A stretch of DNA of 64,000 nucleotides from positions 2,011 through 66,010 of the forward strand of contig JBHELK010000101.1 of the NCBI GenBank assembly GCA_046263085.1. The letters run 5' to 3'. Of this stretch, positions 36,389-44,990 are shown one piece after another. A program made the translations under genes and the position numbers. The notes under the pieces are model-generated. The model searched no databases. It had not been told where the DNA came from and was given only the letters and a program-made list of their open reading frames with translations. Source of the stretch: Actinomycetota bacterium. GTDB taxonomy: Bacteria > Actinomycetota > UBA4738 > JACQTL01. The first letter of the stretch is position 1; every line of letters begins with the position of its first letter.

Positions 36389-37296
36389 AGATCATCTCGC
36401 TGCTGCCCTCCGCCACCGAGATCGTGTTCGCGCTCGGCCTCGGCGAATCCCTGGAGGGCGTCACGCACGAGTGCGACTACCCGGCCGAGGCGACGGAGAA
36501 GCCCATCGTGAGCCGCCCGGCTCTCCCACCCGGGCCGCTCTCCTCCCGGGAGATCGACGCCGCGGTTCGCGAGCGGATGGACGCGAAGGATCCGTTGTAC
36601 GTGCTGGATCGCGCGCTCATCCAGCGCGTGCAACCGGACGTGATCCTCACGCAGGACCTGTGTCGGGTCTGCGCCGTGCCCACCGGGCAGGTCGAGGCCG
36701 CGCTGGCCGACCTGGGGGTCGACTCGAAGGTGCTCTCGCTCGACCCGAACACCCTGGAGGAGATCTTCCTGTCGGTCGAGGCGGTCGGGAAGCTCCTCGA
36801 TCGCCGGGACGCGGCGAAGGAGATCACCGAAGGTCTCCGGGCCCGGGTCGAGGCCATGAAGAAGGCCGCGCTTCGCCTGCCGACCATCCGGGTCCTGGCT
36901 CAGGAGTGGCTCGACCCGCCGTTCGCCGGCGGGCACTGGATCCCGGAGATGATCGAGCTCGCCGGCGGCACGAACCTGCTCGCCGAGAAGGGCGAGCCGT
37001 CGCGGCAGGTGTCGTGGCGGGAGATCCGGGACGCGACGCCCGAGGTCGTGTTGTTCATGCCCTGCGGCTACTACCTCGACGAGGCCGAGGAGGAGGCCAA
37101 GCGGCTGTTCGACAACCCCGAGTTCGCCGACACGCCCGCGGCGCGCGAGGGCAACGTGTTCGCCGTGGACGCCACGTCGTACTTCTCGAGGCCCGGGCCC
37201 CGGATCGTCGACGGCCTCGAGATCCTGGCGTGGGCCGTCCATCCCGAGGCGTACCCCGAGCCCCCTGCGGATACCATCGTCCGGATCCAGCGATGA
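36385..37296 (+). CDS. BtuF/FecB-like class III substrate-binding protein without signal peptide (cobalamin/siderophore-binding fold)
   Basis: [33 protein letters not shown] resembles the TroA/BtuF family. No N-terminal signal or lipobox. Confidence 0.55.
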   Translation: [303 protein letters not shown]

Positions 37297-37511
37297 GCCA
37301 GAGCGCGAAAGGACGCAACGAGGTCGAGCCCACCGACATCGGCCGGCGGGTGTCGTTCCAGTGGGATCTCCCGAACGGCCTCTTGCAGGAGGCGATCGGC
37401 ACGCTCGAGCTCTACGACCACGCCTCGGAGACCTACGTGCTCCGCGACAAGAGCGACCGTCTGGTCCGCGTCCCCCGCCGCGACGTACGCCACGGCAAGG
37501 TCGTTTCGTAG
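37293..37511 (+). CDS. small hypothetical protein (72 aa)
   Basis: ATG overlaps the upstream stop (ATGA). Normal composition. No known domain. Confidence 0.35.
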   Translation: MSQSAKGRNEVEPTDIGRRVSFQWDLPNGLLQEAIGTLELYDHASETYVLRDKSDRLVRVPRRDVRHGKVVS

Positions 37512-37552
37512 CTCACGAGTCCGGCCGGGAGCACGAGGTCCGGCACGATGGC

Positions 37553-38551
37553 TCAGCGGATGTCGACGCCGGTGCCGGCCACCACTCGGCCGATCACGCG
37601 GGCGCCATCGCCGGCCGCGTCGAGCGTGACCTGCTCCTGATCGGGGGACACGACCAGGACCATCCCGATGCCCATGTTGAAGGTCAGGAACATCTCCTCG
37701 ACCGACACCGCCAGATCACGCTGGATGAGCTCGAAGATCGGCTGGACCTCCCAGGTCGAGCGATCGATCTCGGCGCCGAGCCCTTCGGGCAACACGCGGG
37801 GGACGTTCTCGATCAGCCCTCCGCCGGTGATGTGCGCCGCGGCGGCGACGAGCCCGTCACGCGCGAGCTCCAACACCGTGGGCGCGTAGATGGCGGTGGG
37901 CTCCAACAGCTCGTCCTCGAGCCGGCGACCGATCTCCTCGGGACGATCCCGAAGGAAGAAGCCCTTCTCGTCGAGCCACCGGCGAACGAGCGAGAACCCG
38001 TTCGAGTGCAGGCCGCTGCTCGGGAGGCCGAGGAGCACGTCGCCCTCCTCGACCCGGTTCGGGCCGAGCATGGCCTCCTCGTCCACGATGCCCACACAGA
38101 ACCCGGCGAGGTCGAACTGTCCGGGCTCCATCGTTCCGGGATGCTCGGCGGTCTCCCCGCCGAGCAACGCGCAGCCCGCACGGCGACAGCCCTCCGCCAC
38201 GCCCGCCACGATCCCCGCGATCTCCGAGGGGACCACCTTGCCGGCCGCGATGTAGTCGAGGAGGAACAGCGGCTCGGCGCCCGTGCAGACGACGTCGTCG
38301 GCGCACATGGCAACGAGATCGATCCCGACGGTGTCGAACCGACCGGCCAGGCGGGCGATCTCGGTCTTCGTACCGACGCCGTCGGTCGCCGCCGCCAGCG
38401 ATCGGCCCTCACCGATCCGGAAGAGCCCCGCGAACCCGCCGACGGAGTCCTCGACCTCGGGCCGTGTCGCGCCCGCGGCCAGGTTCCTGATCAGGGAGAC
38501 GGCTCTCGCCGCGGCCTCGAGGTCGACCCCCGCCTCCCGGTAGGAGGTCAC
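37553..38551 (-). CDS. purM: phosphoribosylformylglycinamidine cyclo-ligase (AIR synthetase)
   Basis: 332 aa, PurM N- and C-domain motifs (GGFAGLF, DGVGTK, GGETAE). Confidence 0.9.
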   Translation of the reverse strand: MTSYREAGVDLEAAARAVSLIRNLAAGATRPEVEDSVGGFAGLFRIGEGRSLAAATDGVGTKTEIARLAGRFDTVGIDLVAMCADDVVCTGAEPLFLLDYIAAGKVVPSEIAGIVAGVAEGCRRAGCALLGGETAEHPGTMEPGQFDLAGFCVGIVDEEAMLGPNRVEEGDVLLGLPSSGLHSNGFSLVRRWLDEKGFFLRDRPEEIGRRLEDELLEPTAIYAPTVLELARDGLVAAAAHITGGGLIENVPRVLPEGLGAEIDRSTWEVQPIFELIQRDLAVSVEEMFLTFNMGIGMVLVVSPDQEQVTLDAAGDGARVIGRVVAGTGVDIR

Positions 38552-38552
38552 C

Positions 38553-39971
38553 TCAGGCGTTCTCGACGTAGAACGACTTCTCGAGCAGGAGCTTGGTCGG
38601 GGTGTCCTCGGGGATGGGGATGGCGTACTCGCCGTCGAAGCAGGCCCGGCAGAAATCGCCCTTGGGCCGGCCGGTCGTCGCGACGAGCTCGTCGAGCGAG
38701 AGATAGGACAGCGAGTCGGCGCCGATGAACTGCCGGACCTCGTCGACGGAAAGGTCGGACGCGACGAGCTCCTGGCGCGTGGACATGTCGATGCCGTAGA
38801 AGCACGGCCATTTGATCGGCGGCGAGGTGATACGCATGTGGACCTCGATCGCCCCCGCCTCTCGGAGTGTCTGCACGATCTGACGGGTGGTCGTGCCGCG
38901 CACGATGGAGTCGTCCACGACGACGATCCGCTTGCCGCGCACCGCGCCGGGGATGGGGTTGAGCTTGAGCTTCACGCCGCGTTCGCGAAGCGACTGGGAC
39001 GGCTGGATGAACGTGCGGCCGACGTAGCGGTTCTTCGTCAATGCCTCGCCGTACGGGATGCCGGACGCCTCGGCGAAGCCGGCGGCGGCCGCGGTGGCCG
39101 TGTCCGGGACCGGGATGACCAGGTCCGCCTGCACCGGGGCCTCCCCGGCGAGCGCTCGCCCCATCTCGCGACGGGACTCGTGGACCGACCGGTCGAGCAG
39201 CTGCGAGTCGGGCCGGGCCAGATAGACGAACTCGAACAGGCAGAGCGCCTTCCGCGGCGACTCCGCGAACCGCCGGGAACGCAGCCCGTCCTCGTCGACC
39301 ATGACGAGCTCGCCGGGCTCGACCTCACGGAGGTACGTGGCGCCAACGATGTCGAGGGCGCACGTTTCGGAGGCGAAGCACCATCCGTTCGGGAGCCTGC
39401 CGATGGCGAGCGGCCGTAGCCCGTGTGGGTCGCGGGCGGCGAACACCGTTCGCTCGTTCATGGCCACGAACGAGAACGCACCCTGCAGACGAGGGAAGAC
39501 CGTCATGCAGGCCTGCTCCAGATCGCCGTCGCCGTAGCGGGCGAGCATGGAGGCCACGAGGTCTGAGTCGGTGGTCGCCTTGCTGCGCCACCCCTCCGCG
39601 TCGGCGAGCTGGCGGGTGTTCACGAGGTTGCCGTTGTGGCCGAGCGCGATGGCCGCGCTGGTTCCGTCGGTCTTGAACGCGGGCTGCGCGTTCTCCCAGG
39701 TGGTGGAGCCGGTCGTGGAGTAGCGCGTGTGGCCGATGCCGAGGTCGCCCTGCAGCGTGGCCAGGGTGCCCTCGTTGAAGACCTGGGACACGAGCCCCAG
39801 ATCCTTGAAGACCAGGATGTTGCTCCCGTCGGAGACGGCCATCCCGGCGGACTCCTGCCCCCGATGCTGGAGGGCAAAGAGGCCGAAGTAGATCATCCGG
39901 GAGACCTCTTCGCCGGGCGCCCAGACCCCGATCAGCCCGCAGGCTTCCTTCGGCGATTCCCCCGCGCCCAT
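38553..39971 (-). CDS. purF: amidophosphoribosyltransferase
   Basis: N-terminal nucleophile Cys (MGAGESPKEA propeptide then CGLIGVW), PRTase motif VVVDDSIVRGTT. The ORF extends upstream to 40046. Confidence 0.9.
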   Translation of the reverse strand: MGAGESPKEACGLIGVWAPGEEVSRMIYFGLFALQHRGQESAGMAVSDGSNILVFKDLGLVSQVFNEGTLATLQGDLGIGHTRYSTTGSTTWENAQPAFKTDGTSAAIALGHNGNLVNTRQLADAEGWRSKATTDSDLVASMLARYGDGDLEQACMTVFPRLQGAFSFVAMNERTVFAARDPHGLRPLAIGRLPNGWCFASETCALDIVGATYLREVEPGELVMVDEDGLRSRRFAESPRKALCLFEFVYLARPDSQLLDRSVHESRREMGRALAGEAPVQADLVIPVPDTATAAAAGFAEASGIPYGEALTKNRYVGRTFIQPSQSLRERGVKLKLNPIPGAVRGKRIVVVDDSIVRGTTTRQIVQTLREAGAIEVHMRITSPPIKWPCFYGIDMSTRQELVASDLSVDEVRQFIGADSLSYLSLDELVATTGRPKGDFCRACFDGEYAIPIPEDTPTKLLLEKSFYVENA

Positions 39972-40104
39972 GCCGTTCGAGGATAACACCGGTCCCAGCG
40001 CGGTCGAAGGAACGATCACTGCTCGGGCGGAGCGCGTACCTCGCAAGATCCTCCCCCTGAGACTTCAAGTTGACGGCAGACGGCGAAAAGGTTAAAAGAC
40101 GGCG

Positions 40105-40935
40105 ATGCCTCGTCGTCTTCGTGCAGAGCAGGAATCCCTGGAGTCGCTCGGCCTGACCTCCACCGAGGCCAGCGCGTATCTGGCGCTGGTGCAGAAGGGG
40201 CCCCTCGGAGCGCAGGCGGTCGCGGACGAGGTCGGACTGTCCCGCGGAGCCATCTATCCGGCCCTCCAGACGCTTGCCGACAAAGGCCTCGTGGAGGGCG
40301 GAGCCGGATACGGAGCACGCTTCCGTGTGGTCCCGTGGGAGACCGCACTTCCATCCTTGGTCGACCGCGAGCGCGAGATCGTCCACGAGCACGAGTCGGT
40401 GGCCAAGGAGCTCATGGAGCGGCTGGCGGATCTCGCCGGCGAGACCGGAAGCCCCTCGCCGGAGGTCGTCGAGGTCATCCGGAACCGGCGGGCCATCGCC
40501 GATCGGTGGGCTCGGCTCCAACTGGAGGCCGAAGAGGAGATCAACGTGTTCGTGAAGGCCCCGATCCTCTCCGGCCGCAATGAGAACCCCGAGGAACGGG
40601 CCGCCCTGCGGAGAGGCGTCCGGTACCGGGCACTGTATGAAGGGGCCATCCTCGACGACCCGGAGATCCTGCCGTACCTCATCGAGTGGACCTCACTGGG
40701 CGAGGACGCGCGGGTGTTCACCGGGGACCTGCCCCTCAAGCTCGCCCTGTTCGACGAGGCTGCCGCGCTGCTGCCACTGGAGACCCCGGGAGACCGGCAG
40801 CCCGTCACGGCCATCGTCATCCGTCACCGTGCGCTCGTGGCGGGGCTTCGCATCCTGTTCGACTGCCTCTGGGGGGGATCCCAGATATTGGAACGCGCCC
40901 ATGCCACTCCCCCACGCAAGCGCAAGCGCGCTTAG
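40105..40935 (+). CDS. TrmB-family transcriptional regulator
   Basis: N-terminal wHTH (LGLTSTEASAYLALVQKGPLGAQAVADEVGLSRGAIYPALQTLADKGLVE) and TrmB C-terminal domain. Confidence 0.65.
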   Translation: MPRRLRAEQESLESLGLTSTEASAYLALVQKGPLGAQAVADEVGLSRGAIYPALQTLADKGLVEGGAGYGARFRVVPWETALPSLVDREREIVHEHESVAKELMERLADLAGETGSPSPEVVEVIRNRRAIADRWARLQLEAEEEINVFVKAPILSGRNENPEERAALRRGVRYRALYEGAILDDPEILPYLIEWTSLGEDARVFTGDLPLKLALFDEAAALLPLETPGDRQPVTAIVIRHRALVAGLRILFDCLWGGSQILERAHATPPRKRKRA

Positions 40936-41224
40936 CGACGAGCAGATCGCGATCCTGCTGCTCGTCGCGCAGGGTCACACCGACGAGCGGATATCCCGCG
41001 AGATCGGCATCTCCAAGAGCAGCGTGCAGCGACGGCTCCATCACGCAGCCGTAACCGTCGGCGCGACGTCCAGGCTGACCCTCGTGCTCTGTGCGATCGA
41101 GCGCGGCCTGATCGAGCGACCGCACGGCCCGTGCGATGAAGCGAACTCGTCACGACAGGCAGCAGGAACGCGACCCGGGAAGGGCGAATCGCTCACCAGG
41201 AACACGAGGAGGCCCGCAAGATGA
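40901..41224 (+). CDS. small LuxR/GerE-type HTH protein
   Basis: LSDEQIAILLLVAQGHTDERISREIGISKSSVQRRLHHA matches the LuxR C-terminal HTH. The TrmB stop lies inside its 5' end. Confidence 0.45.
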   Translation: MPLPHASASALSDEQIAILLLVAQGHTDERISREIGISKSSVQRRLHHAAVTVGATSRLTLVLCAIERGLIERPHGPCDEANSSRQAAGTRPGKGESLTRNTRRPAR

Positions 41225-43020
41225 ACACATCGATGCAATCCGGAAGGAACCTGATGACCCGGACGATCCGCCGGGCCGCGGTGACGTGCGCCTGCGTTGC
41301 GATGCTCCTTCCTACCGGAGCCCGGGCCGCCGTCGAGGCCCCGAATCACGTCGCCTTCAGCACGTACTTCGGCGGCGAGTACTTCGACTACGGGACGAGC
41401 GTGGCGGTGGATGCCGCTGGGAACAGCTACGTCGCCGGGGCCACCGAGTCCGCCGGCCTGCGGACGAAGAACGCCGCGCAGCCGGTGTGGGGCGGGCTCT
41501 CCCCGAACCCACAGGTGCTCCTGCCGATCCCGAACCGAAGAACGGATGCCTTCGTGGCGAAGTTCGATCCCGCCGGCCAGCTCGTGTACAGCACGTATCT
41601 CGGCGGTACGAGCACCGACGGGGCAAGCGCCATCGCGGTCGACGCGGCCGGCGACGCCTACGTCACAGGCGCGACGTTCTCGTCGGATTTCCCGACGAAG
41701 GATCCGTATCAGGCAACGGTGCACGCGGGCGACGGCGACGCGTTCCTCACGAAGCTCGACCCCTCCGGATCGATCGTGTGGAGCACCTATTTCGGCGGCG
41801 CGCCCGCGGAAGGGTCCTCGCTCGCTCTCGACTTCCCGCTCACGATCGCCGTCGACCCCAGCGGACGACCGGTCCTCGGCGGCTACACCGAGAGCCAGCG
41901 ATTCCCGACGACGCCGGACGCGCTGGAGCCAGCGTGGCGCGGCGGGGACATCGACGGGTGGGTCTCCGTGTTCTCCCCCTCCGGCGACCGCCTCGCCTAC
42001 AGCACCTATCTCGGCGGATCCGACAACGACGAGGTGGCCGCGCTCGCGCTCGACGGCGCCGGCAACGCGGTGGTGGGCGGCGCAACGGTGTCGGAGGACT
42101 TCCCCGTCACGCCCGACGCGTACAAGACGGACTTCGTCGGGAGCGACGACCCCAACGCGGCCGGGCTCGGCTCGGATGATTTCGTCGTCTCCCTTCCCCT
42201 CGACGGCGGGCCGCTCAACTACGGCACGTTCGTGGGCGGGATCCACGGATCCTGGAGTGGGCAGTGGTACTCACCGCCGCGAGAGATCGTCTCCGGTCTC
42301 GCACTTGGGCCCGACGGCCGCGTCTATGTGGTCGGGTACACCCAATCGCTCGACTTCCCCACGACGAGCGGCGCGTTCCAATCGAAGCCACAGGACAAGG
42401 CCGACCTCGCGCTGCTCGAAGGCGGCGATGGGTACGTCTTCGAGCTGAGCGCCGACGGCCGCACGCTCGTCGCGTCCACGTACCTCGGCGCCGAGAGCAC
42501 CGACGACGCGCTCGCAGTGGGAGTCGACGCCGGCGGCAGAGCCTACGTCCTGGGGTTCACCGACTCGCGTTCGTGGCCGGTGACGGCGGACGCGATGCAG
42601 CCCCGGCGCGCCAACGAGGACCGCCGCGACGTGTACACCCAGCTCGTCTGCGACGGACCGGCGGGCCCGGTCATCTCCATGTTCACGTCCTGCGAGGACA
42701 TCGGGCTGGTCCTGGTGGGCGACAGCCAGGACGCCACCCTCACCGTGCTCGATCCCACGCTCTCGGCACCGGTCTACTCGACCTACTTCGGCGGGTGGGG
42801 TGAGGAGGATCCGGCCTCGATGGCCGTCTCCTCGTCCGGCGTGGTCACGTTCGTCGGAACCTCGACGGCCCGGGACTTTCCGGTCCGTCGCGCCGTCCAG
42901 CCCGTGACCGCCGGCATGAGCGACGCCACCCTGACACGCTTCTCGCCCGTCGAACCGCCGCCCTGCGGCCTCGAGATCGGGCCGATGTGCATCGGCCAGG
43001 AAGAGAGAGGACCCCGATGA
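41221..43020 (+). CDS. secreted SBBP (beta-propeller repeat, PF06739-like) protein
   Basis: Signal peptide. Many repeats of the STYFGG..D...(I)AVD..GN.YV.G.T.S.DFP type. Confidence 0.65.
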   Translation: MNTSMQSGRNLMTRTIRRAAVTCACVAMLLPTGARAAVEAPNHVAFSTYFGGEYFDYGTSVAVDAAGNSYVAGATESAGLRTKNAAQPVWGGLSPNPQVLLPIPNRRTDAFVAKFDPAGQLVYSTYLGGTSTDGASAIAVDAAGDAYVTGATFSSDFPTKDPYQATVHAGDGDAFLTKLDPSGSIVWSTYFGGAPAEGSSLALDFPLTIAVDPSGRPVLGGYTESQRFPTTPDALEPAWRGGDIDGWVSVFSPSGDRLAYSTYLGGSDNDEVAALALDGAGNAVVGGATVSEDFPVTPDAYKTDFVGSDDPNAAGLGSDDFVVSLPLDGGPLNYGTFVGGIHGSWSGQWYSPPREIVSGLALGPDGRVYVVGYTQSLDFPTTSGAFQSKPQDKADLALLEGGDGYVFELSADGRTLVASTYLGAESTDDALAVGVDAGGRAYVLGFTDSRSWPVTADAMQPRRANEDRRDVYTQLVCDGPAGPVISMFTSCEDIGLVLVGDSQDATLTVLDPTLSAPVYSTYFGGWGEEDPASMAVSSSGVVTFVGTSTARDFPVRRAVQPVTAGMSDATLTRFSPVEPPPCGLEIGPMCIGQEERGPR

Positions 43021-44969
43021 TGCCGAAGCTTCGCCGAACGACGCCGCTGTTGCTGCTCGCCCTCGCCCTGAGTGGCATCGTGCCGGCCCGAGCGGCGACA
43101 ACGCCGACGTGGACCGCCTACGGCCCCGCAACCGGCGGCAACATCGAGAGCATCGTGATCGATCCGTCGGATCCGCAGACCGTCTACGCCGCCGACTACG
43201 TTCAGGGCGTGATGAAGAGCACGGACGGTGGGCTGACGTGGCGACCGGTGAACGACGGCTTCAACGACGTGTTCGAGCAGGTCCTCGCCATCGATCCTGT
43301 TCATCCGCAGACGCTCTACGCCGGCTCCCAGCTCACCGGCGTCTACAAGACCGTGGACGGCGGCGCCAGTTGGGAATTCGTGACCGCCGGCATACCGGCC
43401 GAGAACGTGCTCTCCATCGTCGTGGATCCGGTCGATCCGCGGATCGTGTACTTCGGCACGGCCAACGAGGGCGTCTTCAGGACCGCCGACGGCGGCGAGA
43501 CCTGGACGAAGACGAACGCGGGGCTCGGTGATCTCCTCGTCCCGGCGCTGGCCCTCGATCCCACGCAACCTTCGGTCGTGTACGCGGCGACCGGCAAGGG
43601 CGTCTTCAAGAGCACCGATGGGGCCGCGTCGTGGTCCGAGGCGACGGACGGCATGGGCGAGGCCCCGATCGGGGATCTCGTCGTCGACCCCACCGACCCG
43701 GCCACCATCCTCGCCGGCGCCCTGACGGGCGGCGTGTTCCGGTCCTCCGACGGTGGAGCGAGCTGGAGCGCCGGCACCGACAGCATCGGCAGCCAGCCGG
43801 TCATGGCGCTCGCCGTCGATCCGTCGGACCGCGACACCGTGTACGCGGGAACCGACGGGGACGGCCTGTACCGAAGCGAGGACGGCGGCCATACCTGGGA
43901 CGCACTCGTCGACGGGGTGCCGGGCGGCAGAGGGGTCTGGGCGCTGGCGGTCGATGCGGCCGACCCCGAGCGGGTGTACGCCGGCGCGGTCGACGACGCG
44001 GGAGGGGTCTTCCTCTCCACCGATGGCGGCGACAGCTGGGCCAGCGAGACGACGGGCATGCCCGCGAACACCGTCATCTCGCAGGTCGTGGTCGACCCCC
44101 GAGATCCCCGAAGGCTCTATGCGGCCAGTGAGAGCTTCTTCAGCTCCTATGCGTCGAGTGACGGCGGCTCACGATGGACGCCGACCGTCGGGACGCCCGG
44201 CATGACACTCGCCTCGCTGCTCCTCGATCCCGCCGCCCCCGACACGATGTACGCCACCTCGCTCGAGGCACGGCGCGGGATCCTCAAGTCGACCGACGGC
44301 GGACAGTCGTGGAAACCGACCGGGCTCTCTCAAGGCGGGTTCACGTCGCTGGCCATGGATCCATCCGATCACTCCGTGCTGTGGGCGGGATCCGGCTACG
44401 GCACCGGTGAGACGCAGTACACCGGCGTGTGGAAGACGGCCGACGGCGGGAAGACGTGGAAGCAGGGAACGGGCATCCCGCCGGGCGTTGGGTTCGTGTG
44501 GAACGTCGTGGTCGACCCGAAGAACCCGGCCACCCTGTACGCCGCGCACACGCACTTCGGGATCTTCAAGAGCACCGACGCGGGCGCCACCTGGGTCCCG
44601 AGCAGCCTGGGGATCACCCGGCCGATGATGAAGGGCCTCGCCATCGATCCCACGAACACGGGGACCCTGTACGCGGGGTCGACCACCGGGGTGTTCAAGA
44701 GCACGAACGGTGGCTTGCTGTGGACGGCCGCCGGCCTCTCGAGCGAGAACGTCCTCACGATCGCGGTCGACCCGACGGATCCGAGCCACGTCTACGCCGG
44801 CACCGGGTTGCACGGCGTCTTTCGGAGCACGGACGGCGGCGCGACGTGGACGGCGATGAACGATGGGCTGGGCGCCCTGACCATCCAGCACCTCACCGCC
44901 GACCCTGCCGGCAACCGGCTGTACGCCGCGACCGACGGCGGGGGTGTCTACGGCGTCGCGTTGAGCTGA
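43017..44969 (+). CDS. secreted BNR/Asp-box beta-propeller protein (sortilin/Ycf48-like)
   Basis: Signal peptide MMPKLRRTTPLLLLALALSG. More than 12 repeats of the (V/L)YAG(T)..GV(F/Y)KSTDGG.(T/S)W type. ATGA overlap with the SBBP gene. Confidence 0.65.
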   Translation: MMPKLRRTTPLLLLALALSGIVPARAATTPTWTAYGPATGGNIESIVIDPSDPQTVYAADYVQGVMKSTDGGLTWRPVNDGFNDVFEQVLAIDPVHPQTLYAGSQLTGVYKTVDGGASWEFVTAGIPAENVLSIVVDPVDPRIVYFGTANEGVFRTADGGETWTKTNAGLGDLLVPALALDPTQPSVVYAATGKGVFKSTDGAASWSEATDGMGEAPIGDLVVDPTDPATILAGALTGGVFRSSDGGASWSAGTDSIGSQPVMALAVDPSDRDTVYAGTDGDGLYRSEDGGHTWDALVDGVPGGRGVWALAVDAADPERVYAGAVDDAGGVFLSTDGGDSWASETTGMPANTVISQVVVDPRDPRRLYAASESFFSSYASSDGGSRWTPTVGTPGMTLASLLLDPAAPDTMYATSLEARRGILKSTDGGQSWKPTGLSQGGFTSLAMDPSDHSVLWAGSGYGTGETQYTGVWKTADGGKTWKQGTGIPPGVGFVWNVVVDPKNPATLYAAHTHFGIFKSTDAGATWVPSSLGITRPMMKGLAIDPTNTGTLYAGSTTGVFKSTNGGLLWTAAGLSSENVLTIAVDPTDPSHVYAGTGLHGVFRSTDGGATWTAMNDGLGALTIQHLTADPAGNRLYAATDGGGVYGVALS

Positions 44970-44990
44970 TGCCCGCGCCCGCCGGCCGGG

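Noticed and set aside
35452-37242. 596-aa minus-strand ORF
   Set aside because: Antisense to E2 and the BtuF-like gene. No motifs.
40105-44969. Horizontally acquired island inside the pur operon
   Set aside because: No compositional shift visible by eye (same ~70% GC and codon style), no mobility genes or flanking repeats. Retained only as a lower-interest synteny observation.
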